A stretch of DNA of 32,000 bases from Nitrosopumilus sp. (GTDB taxonomy: Archaea > Thermoproteota > Nitrososphaeria > Nitrososphaerales > Nitrosopumilaceae): positions 63,374-95,373 of the forward strand of contig NZ_JAILWC010000004.1 in the NCBI RefSeq assembly GCF_025699125.1, in the 5' to 3' direction. Positions within the stretch are counted from its first letter, which is position 1, and each line of letters begins with the position of its first letter. Below, in pieces: positions 1 through 7,402 of this stretch. The position numbers and the translations under genes were made by a program. Under the pieces are notes generated by a model. The model did no database searches. It was not told where the DNA came from and worked only from the letters and a program-made list of their open reading frames with translations.

Positions 1-71
1 AGTTAATAAAAGACGGGCAAATAAAAAAAGCTGAAAAGCGAGCAATTACAATATTGAGAAATTGGAAATGA
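1..71 (+). CDS. 3' end of an upstream gene (partial, product unknown)
   Basis: The frame starting at nt 3 is open from the window edge (..LIKDGQIKKAEKRAITILRNWK*). Its TGA at 69-71 overlaps the hemA ATG at 68-70 (ATGA), a typical coupled junction. Confidence 0.35.
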   Translation, partial: LIKDGQIKKAEKRAITILRNWK

Positions 72-1333
72 ATCAAAATATAATCAATGCACGTGTTACT
101 TTTCGTAATTCACCAATTCACATTCTTGAACGATTTACAATAAAAAACATGGAAAGTGCATATGATCAATTCAAAAAACATTCAGGATTAGATGAATGTG
201 TAATTATTCAAACATGTAACAGAATAGAGTTATTTGGTAAATCAAAAACATATGACATAGACAAAATCAAGAAAACGTGGGCAGCAATTACGGGGATTGA
301 GGAAGAAGCATTTGATGAAAATATGGAATGCGTTGAAAACAAGGAAGCTTTACATCATTTGTTAAAATTAACATCAGGATTAGATTCAATGGTATTAGGC
401 GAAGAGCAGATCTTAGGTCAAATAAAAAACTCCATTACTTCAGCTAGAGAAACAAAAGCATCAGGTCAGCATCTTAACACACTATTTGATAAGGCAATAA
501 GAATAGGTACAAGAATTAGAAATACAAGTGGAATTGGTGCAGGCGGAATATCGGTTGGATCCATGGCGGTAAAACTTGCAGAAGAGAATATTGATGAATT
601 AAAAACAAAAAAAGTTTTGTTAATTGGAACAGGGGAAGTATCTACGCTTGTTGCAAAATCATTACAGAGAAGAGGATATACATTTGATGTGACTAGTAGA
701 ACACTTGGAAGATCAGAGACATTTTGTGAAACAATGGGTGGAAATCCAATAAAGTTTGAAGAGGTTCTTTTAGGATTTTATAATTATGATGTGATTTTTG
801 TTGCAACAACAGCACCATATTTTCTTGTAACAAACGAAAGAATAACTGAAGCAATGAAAAACAAGAAAGGAGGAATAATGATTTTAGATTTATCAAATCC
901 AAGAACAGTTGATGAAAAAGTTGCAACAATTGGAGGGATTAAATTGATGAATCTAGATCAAATTGCAGAAATGGTTGAAAAAAATATGAATGCACGATTA
1001 AACAAAGTAAAAACAGTTGAAAATATAATTAATGAGGAAGTTTCCGTATTAGAAGCCTCAATGAAAAGATTAGATGCAGAACCACTAGTGAAAGACGTAT
1101 TCAAGAACATAGAGAATCTACGAGAAAAAGAGTTCCAAAAAGCTCTTCAAATGCTTGATGAAAAGGACGAGAAAAAAATCAAGATTATTGAAGAATTAAC
1201 AAAAGCAGTAGTAGAAAGTATTGTGTCAATACCTATGAATAACATTAGAAAAGCATCTGAGCAAGGAAAACCAGATGTTTTAGAATTGGCAAGCAAGTTA
1301 TTTGACTATAAAAAACAAAACCAGGCAGACTAG
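68..1333 (+). CDS. hemA: Glutamyl-tRNA reductase
   Basis: Contains the active-site motif QTCNRIELF, the GLDSMVLGEEQILGQIK block and the NADPH Rossmann motif LLIGTGEVS. The ORF track starts at TTG 62; ATG 68 is preferred because of the ATGA overlap with the upstream ORF. Confidence 0.9.
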   Translation: MNQNIINARVTFRNSPIHILERFTIKNMESAYDQFKKHSGLDECVIIQTCNRIELFGKSKTYDIDKIKKTWAAITGIEEEAFDENMECVENKEALHHLLKLTSGLDSMVLGEEQILGQIKNSITSARETKASGQHLNTLFDKAIRIGTRIRNTSGIGAGGISVGSMAVKLAEENIDELKTKKVLLIGTGEVSTLVAKSLQRRGYTFDVTSRTLGRSETFCETMGGNPIKFEEVLLGFYNYDVIFVATTAPYFLVTNERITEAMKNKKGGIMILDLSNPRTVDEKVATIGGIKLMNLDQIAEMVEKNMNARLNKVKTVENIINEEVSVLEASMKRLDAEPLVKDVFKNIENLREKEFQKALQMLDEKDEKKIKIIEELTKAVVESIVSIPMNNIRKASEQGKPDVLELASKLFDYKKQNQAD

Positions 1334-1363
1334 AATTATATTTTAGCCAAAGAGAATTTCATC

Positions 1364-2344
1364 ATGTCATTTCCTGCAAGACGCCTTCGCAGACTAAGAA
1401 CATCTGAAAAGATGAGAGAATTGATTCAACAGACCACATTATCTCCAAAAGATTTCATTTGCCCAGTATTTGTTCAAGAAGAACTAAAAACAAGAGTAAA
1501 TGTAGAATCAATGTCAGAAATCGAAAGGCTTCCATTAAAAGACATAAACGATGAGGTAGGAACAATTAGCGATTTAGGGATTCCTGCAATCATGCTTTTC
1601 GGCATCCCAACTCAAAAAGATGAAGCAGGCACTTCAGCATTTGACGATAATGGAATTGTTCAAAAGGCAATATCTCAGATTAGGAAAAATTTTGGCGATA
1701 AAATAGTGATAATGTCAGATGTTTGTCTATGCCAATTCACATCTACTGGACATTGTGGAATTATTCAAGGAGACAAAATTGATAACGACACCAGTTTAGA
1801 TACACTTGTAAAAATAGCTGTTAGCCAAGCAAAAGCAGGTGTAGATACAGTATCACCATCAGCAATGATGGACGGTCAAGTTGCTGCAATTAGAAAAGCG
1901 CTTGATGATGAAGGATTTACAGATGTTTCAATAATGTCTCATTCAGCTAAACATCGTTCAAACTTTTATTCACCATTTAGAGATGCAGCAGAATGTGCAC
2001 CAAAATTCGGAGACAGAAAAACATACCAAGTTCCATATACAAATGCAAGAGAAGCAATGATGGAAGTTGAGACAGACATCAATGAAGGAGTAGATATTGT
2101 GATGATAAAACCAGCATTATCCTATTTAGATTTAATAGCAGAAACTAGAAAAAAATTCAACATCCCAGTTGCTGCATACAGTGTTTCTGGAGAATATGCT
2201 TTGGTAAAAGCTGCATCACAACTAGGATATGTGAATGAAAAAGACATCACAGAGGAAATACTATACTCAATTAAAAGAGCAGGAGCAGACATGATAGTAA
2301 CATATTTTGCAAAATCTGCTGCAAGATTTCTTCAAGAGGCATGA
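1364..2344 (+). CDS. hemB: Porphobilinogen synthase (delta-aminolevulinate dehydratase)
   Basis: N-terminal FPARRLRRLR, and later blocks SPSAMMDGQV and VMIKPALSYLD with the Schiff-base lysine context. Length of 326 aa is typical. Lies directly downstream of hemA. Confidence 0.9.
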   Translation: MSFPARRLRRLRTSEKMRELIQQTTLSPKDFICPVFVQEELKTRVNVESMSEIERLPLKDINDEVGTISDLGIPAIMLFGIPTQKDEAGTSAFDDNGIVQKAISQIRKNFGDKIVIMSDVCLCQFTSTGHCGIIQGDKIDNDTSLDTLVKIAVSQAKAGVDTVSPSAMMDGQVAAIRKALDDEGFTDVSIMSHSAKHRSNFYSPFRDAAECAPKFGDRKTYQVPYTNAREAMMEVETDINEGVDIVMIKPALSYLDLIAETRKKFNIPVAAYSVSGEYALVKAASQLGYVNEKDITEEILYSIKRAGADMIVTYFAKSAARFLQEA

Positions 2345-2652
2345 GAAACGACGAGCGTTTTGAGATTCAAAGAGCATTTGATTTATTGCCACATGTTATA
2401 GGCTCGAGTTGGGCAGTAATATGGTTCAGAATGAAAGGAATCAAAAAGCCTACAAGAGACGAATACAGAGAAAAGACACTAGAATTTTTAAGAAAAATAG
2501 AACCAGTTTTTGAATCTTATCCAAAAGAAGAGGGATTTCTAGACATTATCAAATACATAGAATTTAGAAAAAATCAAGAATATGAGAAGATAAAATCAGG
2601 AGAAAACAAAGAAGTTGAAACTAGATATGATAGATATGTGGATTATGGCTAA
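2341..2652 (+). CDS. Hypothetical small protein (103 aa)
   Basis: Its ATG overlaps the hemB stop (ATGA at 2341-2344), suggesting co-translation. No recognisable motif. Confidence 0.45.
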   Translation: MRNDERFEIQRAFDLLPHVIGSSWAVIWFRMKGIKKPTRDEYREKTLEFLRKIEPVFESYPKEEGFLDIIKYIEFRKNQEYEKIKSGENKEVETRYDRYVDYG

Positions 2653-3269
2653 ATCTCATGTTTTAGTTGTTTTAAAAAATCCTTTAAGATAATAGTCCTC
2701 TTCTTTGCTTCTATTTTGCCTGATTTTGTATTCATTAAAGATTCCAGTTTGAATAATTTTTTAAAGAAATGATCTATGGTCCATATTGAATCATCAGGTA
2801 TTCTTTGTTTACAAAAAGGATCATTTGGATTATAAAATGGACGTTTTAAGGAACCGCCAGTTGCAAAAACTCGAGCAAGTCCAATTGCACCCAACGCATC
2901 TAATCTATCTGCATCTTGAAGAATTTTTCCTTCAATGCTAGATGGAATTTTATTTTGCGAGAAACTATGATCTCTGATTGCATTAGAAATTATTGCAATT
3001 TCTTCAGTTGAGAAACCATATTTTTTTAAAATAGTTTTAGATTTTTTTGCACTCGCAATCGAAGACATTTTAGAACGCTTGTCAGATTTTGGATAAGATA
3101 TCAAATCATGTAATAAAGCGGCACTTAAAACAAGTTTTTCATTTGCTTTTTCTTTTTTGCAGATTTTTTGAGCATTTTTGTAAACTCTCATAATGTGATC
3201 AAAATCATGTGCAGAATCATTTTCAATTCTTTGTTTTACTTCATCTTTTAATAAATCAAGTACGGACAT
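2649..3269 (-). CDS. HD-domain metal-dependent phosphohydrolase
   Basis: H..HD signature (HDFDHIMRV ... ALLHDL) and the downstream DADRLDALGA motif typical of the HD superfamily. Confidence 0.8.
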   Translation of the reverse strand: MSVLDLLKDEVKQRIENDSAHDFDHIMRVYKNAQKICKKEKANEKLVLSAALLHDLISYPKSDKRSKMSSIASAKKSKTILKKYGFSTEEIAIISNAIRDHSFSQNKIPSSIEGKILQDADRLDALGAIGLARVFATGGSLKRPFYNPNDPFCKQRIPDDSIWTIDHFFKKLFKLESLMNTKSGKIEAKKRTIILKDFLKQLKHEI

Positions 3270-3887
3270 TTAGATTCTCCAAATTTTTGGTTTTACAAAT
3301 TTTATTTTTTTCTGAGTTATTAAAACAGTCCAATTAATAGACGCAAATAAAATGATGGCCCCAATTCCTGCACCATCAATTAACAGAATTCCAGTTAGAC
3401 GATCTTCAAAGATTTCAAAAAAGGGTCTCAAAACAGCATCACCAAAATAAATCATTAGGACATAAGAAATTGTTCTACCAAACCAGAACCCTGCATAGAT
3501 ACTTATGCTCTTGGCACGCATTAACCCATAGGCGATGAACAGCATATTGCTTGGAAGAGGTGTGGCTCCAAATAGAAAAGATGCAATCACATAGCCGTAT
3601 TTTTTTCGATTCAAGTAATCACCAATTATGTCAAGATTGGTTTTCTGCTCTTCTCCAACAAATTTTCGGAATAACCCACTGATTTTTTTGAGAAAAAATC
3701 TACCAAGAGTGGCACCAGAAGCACCCACCATTGCAAGAAAAAAAACATTCAAGCTGGGGTCTAGAAGATAAAATGAGGTCAAAACAATCCAACTCGGAGG
3801 CATCAGAATAGGAGCAGTATTTACTCCAATCAACACAAGAAAAATTCCAAAATATGAATATTCACTAAAAATTTCAAAAATATCCAA
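3270..3887 (-). CDS. DedA/VTT-domain (SNARE-associated) family membrane protein
   Basis: Multi-pass hydrophobic protein with the GASGATLGRFFLKK-type glycine-rich block characteristic of DedA/TVP38 proteins. Abuts the HD gene with no gap. Confidence 0.55.
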   Translation of the reverse strand: MDIFEIFSEYSYFGIFLVLIGVNTAPILMPPSWIVLTSFYLLDPSLNVFFLAMVGASGATLGRFFLKKISGLFRKFVGEEQKTNLDIIGDYLNRKKYGYVIASFLFGATPLPSNMLFIAYGLMRAKSISIYAGFWFGRTISYVLMIYFGDAVLRPFFEIFEDRLTGILLIDGAGIGAIILFASINWTVLITQKKIKFVKPKIWRI

Positions 3888-4074
3888 GTTCTTTCAAAAA
3901 TTCTATCTCTTTTTTTGTTTCTAAACCCTTGGATCAGCACTTAGTCATAAAAAAATTTTATAATGATCTAAAAAATTAAAAGAATTACAAGTTTTTCAAA
4001 ACAATGATCATGTTTTCTAACAATTTGGATCAATCATGCAATATCTTTATAAGCAATTTGTGACTACACTGTAT

Positions 4075-4197
4075 ATGTCCGAGATGGTTTGGAAATGTTT
4101 TAGATGCAACCTATCTTTCAAGGACGAAGAATTAGCTGAAATGCATAAAAAAATATCAAGACATTCTACAACCAAAGTTAAAGCACTAGTTGCATAA
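4075..4197 (+). CDS. Small C2H2-type zinc-finger protein (40 aa), not in the ORF track
   Basis: My translation is MSEMVWKCFRCNLSFKDEELAEMHKKISRHSTTKVKALVA*. It fits the classical C-x2-C-x12-H-x5-H spacing. A TATA-like TTTATAAG at 4046-4053 lies 29 bp upstream of the ATG. Confidence 0.5.
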   Translation: MSEMVWKCFRCNLSFKDEELAEMHKKISRHSTTKVKALVA

Positions 4198-4228
4198 TTT
4201 TTCTGACAATATTCATGAATTAATGAAA

Positions 4229-4329
4229 TGCAGAGGGTGGGATTTGAACCCACGAACTCCTGAGAGAAGGGATTTCCTATTATGAAGATCTTGAGTCCCT
4301 CTCGGTTGACCGGGCTTCGATACCTCTGC
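4229..4329 (-). tRNA. tRNA-Leu(CAA) with a ~16-nt intron in the anticodon loop
   Basis: Hand-folded on the reverse strand: acceptor GCAGAGG/CCTCTGC, D stem TCG/CGA, anticodon stem AGGGA/TCCCT, loop CTCAAG[intron ~4273-4289]A. Long variable arm CTCTCAGGAGTTC (class II), T arm GTGGG-TTCAAAT-CCCAC, discriminator A, no encoded CCA. Confidence 0.85.
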
Positions 4330-4449
4330 ACTGAGATTGAGTAAACACCAATATTTCTCGATTACTATTATAGAAAAACAGAACAGTGATCTGAATTTTC
4401 ATTATTTTTTGAGAAAGCTTATAATCGTGCTAATTCGATTCAAAATTAC

Positions 4450-4764
4450 ATGACAGAATTCATACCAATTTCACAAGCAAAAAAAATGCGAAGTGGAGTT
4501 AATGTAAACGCCCAAGTAAAAAGCAAAGGAGATCCAAGAACTGTAAATCTCAAAAGTGGAGGAACAGTGGATGTCTGTGATGCAATAATTGCTAACGGTG
4601 AAACAGAAGATGACCAAATGAAGCTCACTTTGTGGGGAGACGATATCAAGGCAGTCAATGTTGGAGATACTGTTGTTATCACAAACGGATATACAAATGA
4701 GTTTAAAGGTGAAGTATCCCTAACCAAAGGCAAATTTGGTCAAATGGAAATAAATCCTCAATAA
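4450..4764 (+). CDS. Single OB-fold nucleic-acid-binding protein (SSB/RPA-like)
   Basis: Size and pattern match a single OB fold (..VNVNAQV..PRTV....GGTVDVCDAIIANGETEDDQMKLTLWGDD...VGDTVVITNGYTNEFKGEVSLT). A TATA-like TTATAAT at 4419-4425 lies 31 bp upstream of the ATG. Confidence 0.6.
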   Translation: MTEFIPISQAKKMRSGVNVNAQVKSKGDPRTVNLKSGGTVDVCDAIIANGETEDDQMKLTLWGDDIKAVNVGDTVVITNGYTNEFKGEVSLTKGKFGQMEINPQ

Positions 4765-4788
4765 TTTTACATTTTTTCATAATAAATT

Positions 4789-4809
4789 CCTAGAATTATA
4801 GATTCTAGG
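4789..4809. repeat. Perfect 8-bp inverted repeat with 5-nt loop (CCTAGAAT-tatag-ATTCTAGG)
   Basis: Read directly. Lies 25 bp after the OB-fold gene stop, following a T6 run at 4773-4778, and just upstream of the recombinase remnant. Confidence 0.6.
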
Positions 4810-4823
4810 TATGTCTATAGAAA

Positions 4824-5168
4824 ATGGTGATAACTTTTCACACATATCAGAAAAGAAAATACATGGATTCTACCCCTAGATGTTACATTCTTTTTGAAAA
4901 TTTTTGCAAATCAAAAAGAACTTTCCAAACATACAAGAAAACATTAGACTTGTTTTTGAGTTGGTCTAACAAGGATTATGAATCGTTTGTTCTTTTGTCA
5001 GAATTTGAGAAAAATGAACTAATACAAGATTGTATGATTCATCTTAGAAAGAGGATAAAATTCTATGGATGTTAGCCCTAATTCATGCCTAATTATCTAA
5101 CAGGAGTATTCAAGGTCCTAAAAGTAAATCAATGCAATTACAGAAATAACGGATCCGAGTTTTTTTAG
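4824..5168 (+). pseudogene. Remnant of a tyrosine recombinase/integrase N-terminal (SAM-like core-binding) domain
   Basis: ..KSKRTFQTYKKTLDLFLSW...LIQDCMIHLRKRIKFYGC*P*FMPNYLTGVFKVLKVN.. resembles the XerA/phage-integrase N-domain pattern (S.nT...Y...L..F..W ..... yl...G.SP.s.n..l..l..f.k). The same frame continues through two in-frame stops (TAG 5073, TAA 5079). No catalytic domain follows. Confidence 0.4.
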
Positions 5169-5179
5169 AAGCACATGAT

Positions 5180-5201
5180 AAAACAAACAAATTTTTGTTT
5201 T
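5180..5201. terminator. A/T-rich hairpin between convergent genes (AAAACAAA-caaatt-TTTGTTTT)
   Basis: An 8-bp inverted repeat flanked by T/A runs, about 20 bp downstream of the stop of the minus-strand coiled-coil gene. It is weak in energy terms. Confidence 0.25.
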
Positions 5202-5221
5202 AAAAAATTGTAATAAGGAAT

Positions 5222-6187
5222 TTATCGTTTAGATTTCTTTGCTGGTTTCTTTTTAGCTGCAATCTTTCTTGCTGGTTTCTTTTTAGCTGCAATCTTTCTT
5301 GCTGGTTTCTTTTTAGCTGCAATCTTTCTTGCTGGTTTCTTTTTAGCTGCAGTCTTTCTTGCTGGTTTCTTTTTAGCTGCAATCTTTCTTGCTGGTTTCT
5401 TTTTAGCTGCAGTCTTTCTTGCTGGTTTCTTTTTAGCTGCAGTCTTTCTTGCTGGTTTCTTTTTAGCTGCAGTCTTTCTTGCTGGTTTCTTTTTAGCTGC
5501 AATCTTTCTTGCTGGTTTCTTTTTAGAAGAGAGGCGTTTTTTTGCCAAAAGTTCACGTAATTTTGAAGATGTCTTTTCTAATGCATTTTTGGCAGATTCT
5601 TCTGTTTTGATTCGTCTTTCTAATTCTTTTTCGAGTTTTTGAGCAGCCTTACGACTTGCAGTCATGGTTTCACGTAATGTTGGTTTTGATTGGAATTGTT
5701 TTTTAATTTTAGAGTCAATTTTTGATTTTACATCAGAATAATTGGCAACTTCATCAGAGATTTTTTTAGCTGTTTTTTGTCTATTTTTAATCTCAGTTTC
5801 TAATTCTTGAATATGATCATTTAATGAGCGCAATCTGGTCTCAGCATTCTGTTTTTCTTCAGGATTTTCAGCAAATTCGATTTCCTGTTGAACCAATTCA
5901 AGTGCCTCTTTTTCGCTAGACAGTTTTTCCTGTGCTGCAGTCACTAGTCTGTCAATACTCTCCAACTGAGAGGTTTTTTGTGTAAGTACTGTAGATACAT
6001 CAGAAACATCTTCTCGTTCAGATTCAATTTTTTTATCAATTGTGTGTAGACCAGAAGAAGATCGTTTTTCAGTAGAACGATTTTCTTTTAATTGTTTTTC
6101 AGCTTGTTTTCTTAGCTTGGTTGCTTCTTGTTTCTTTTTTTGCAATTGAATTACTAATTTTTCTAATGATGCCAATGATAAAATCAA
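5222..6187 (-). CDS. Coiled-coil protein with a lysine-rich KKKPARK(I/T)AA tandem-repeat tail (histone-H1-like basic tail)
   Basis: About 220 aa of heptad-like, charged, E/K/Q/L-rich sequence is followed by 9 full decapeptide repeats plus one degenerate copy. No TM segment or signal peptide. The start is uncertain: TTG at 6187, with no early ATG. Confidence 0.7.
   Translation of the reverse strand: MILSLASLEKLVIQLQKKKQEATKLRKQAEKQLKENRSTEKRSSSGLHTIDKKIESEREDVSDVSTVLTQKTSQLESIDRLVTAAQEKLSSEKEALELVQQEIEFAENPEEKQNAETRLRSLNDHIQELETEIKNRQKTAKKISDEVANYSDVKSKIDSKIKKQFQSKPTLRETMTASRKAAQKLEKELERRIKTEESAKNALEKTSSKLRELLAKKRLSSKKKPARKIAAKKKPARKTAAKKKPARKTAAKKKPARKTAAKKKPARKIAAKKKPARKTAAKKKPARKIAAKKKPARKIAAKKKPARKIAAKKKPAKKSKR
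5231..5526. repeat. 30-bp tandem repeat, about 9.5 copies (unit GCTGGTTTCTTTTTAGCTGCA[A/G]TCTTTCTT)
   Basis: Units begin at 5241, 5271 ... 5481. They are identical except for one A/G position (pattern a,a,a,g,a,g,g,g,a) that gives Ile/Thr in the protein. Confidence 0.95.
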
Positions 6188-6311
6188 ACAAAAAGAGTCG
6201 GTTAAGTTGTTAATATAATCAGGATTTGACTTACCAGTTAAGAAAATTAACTAACTTTGATCGCAAAAGCCATTTTTTAAAAAATATTAGTTAAGAGAAT
6301 TAAGTAAAAGT

Positions 6312-6623
6312 ATGGATTTTCATCCAAAAGACTTACCGATATCAAAGACATATGATCTAAAAGATGAAAAAAATGCTATAGAGGCAGTTGAAGATATGAT
6401 AAAAATCGGATTTAAAAAAAGGAAAGAAGGGTTCAAAGTTCTCATGCCAAAAGAATCAAAAATTGCTAAAAGAATTGGATATACAGTAACAACGGGAGTA
6501 ACACATGGACTCAGACAAAAAAATGAAATTCGAGACATCAGATATTGGACATATCATCACGATGATGAACATTATGCAATAGTTTTGATCAGTAATGCTG
6601 CATTGACAGAGTTAGGTTTTTGA
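6312..6623 (+). CDS. Hypothetical protein (103 aa)
   Basis: Clean ORF with an ATG start, divergent from the coiled-coil gene. No motif recognised. Confidence 0.45.
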   Translation: MDFHPKDLPISKTYDLKDEKNAIEAVEDMIKIGFKKRKEGFKVLMPKESKIAKRIGYTVTTGVTHGLRQKNEIRDIRYWTYHHDDEHYAIVLISNAALTELGF

Positions 6624-7280
6624 TTTATCAAAAATTTTGTAAAGTTTTGTTCTTTTTGCCATAACTCCAGCAAGCATTACTCCGATAACAATACCGCCAA
6701 GTACATCCATTGGATAGTGTTGCAAAACATAGATTCTACTAATGGAGATCATAGCTGGATACAAGAACATCAGATATGCTCCACGTGGAAACCTCTCTGA
6801 AAGTGCATACCCCAATATTATCGCGAAAATCATAGATCTTGCAGCATGTCCAGAGGGATATGATGCATCAAATCCACCCTCACAGAATAATGCAAAAGTA
6901 TCTTTACTGATTGGTACTGGAAACGGGGCCCCCTCATACTCAAAATCAGGCCTATCTCTATCCACCCCACATTTGATATATCCTGTAAGAAGGGTGGAAA
7001 TAACAATCAGGATCATCAGAGTAATCCCAATCCTACGAGTTTTTGGAATTAATAACATTAGAATTCCAAATCCCAACATCCAAAAAACCTCTCCACTTTC
7101 TGTAATGTATTGCATAATGATGTCAAGGGTCGAATCTCCGACATGTTCGGAGAAAAATAAAACAACTTCTTGATCAAAGATTTCAGTAATTCCAGAATAA
7201 ACTAAACCAGTAAGAATAAGAAACAATAGTGTAAACAGCACAAAGGAACGTGACCTAATATCAAAAATCCAATTTTGCAA
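6612..7280 (-). CDS. PAP2-family membrane phosphatase (phosphatidic-acid / polyprenyl-diphosphate phosphatase type)
   Basis: All three PAP2 motifs are present: KCGVDRDRP (KxxxxxxRP), PSGH and SRIYVLQHYPMDV (SRxxxxxHxxxD). Multiple TM helices. Confidence 0.85.
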   Translation of the reverse strand: MQNWIFDIRSRSFVLFTLLFLILTGLVYSGITEIFDQEVVLFFSEHVGDSTLDIIMQYITESGEVFWMLGFGILMLLIPKTRRIGITLMILIVISTLLTGYIKCGVDRDRPDFEYEGAPFPVPISKDTFALFCEGGFDASYPSGHAARSMIFAIILGYALSERFPRGAYLMFLYPAMISISRIYVLQHYPMDVLGGIVIGVMLAGVMAKRTKLYKIFDKSKT

Positions 7281-7402
7281 TTAACTAGACCTCGAGTATG
7301 TTGCTTTTAATTTTTATCGACAGAAAATCTTTAGAAGTGTAAATCACAGATTGTAAATAAATTAGCCAAAATAATTATGATCGGCTCAAAGAATTTAACC
7401 AA

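Noticed and set aside
4047-4331. 94-aa minus-strand ORF from the track
   Set aside because: Its 5' third is the tRNA-Leu gene read as protein. The remainder is antisense to a better-supported C2H2 micro-ORF.
4446-4733. 95-aa ORF antisense to the OB-fold gene
   Set aside because: It is a fully overlapping antisense frame with Ser/Thr/Pro/Leu-rich low-complexity composition. The sense ORF has an OB-fold pattern and a promoter-like box.
5231-5526. A possible CRISPR array, because of the regular 30-bp repeats
   Set aside because: The repeats are directly abutting with no spacers, they lie inside a long ORF and preserve its frame, and no cas genes are nearby.
5200-5556. 118-aa ORF with LKRNQQERLQ repeats
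   Set aside because: This is an alternative-frame reading of the 30-bp tandem repeat. It has no start context and lies entirely inside the KKKPARK frame, which continues into a long non-repetitive coiled-coil region.
4229-6700. An intact integrated element or provirus bounded by tRNA-derived att repeats
   Set aside because: I found no second copy of any tRNA-Leu segment, no intact integrase and no recognisable viral or plasmid genes. Only an eroded N-domain remnant remains, so I report it as a scar rather than a mobile element.
6742-7173. 143-aa ORF antisense to the PAP2 phosphatase gene (also 6320-6538, 7375-7578, 693-929, 8154-8339)
   Set aside because: These are shadow ORFs on the opposite strand of genes with unambiguous catalytic motifs. 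None shows a motif or start context of its own.
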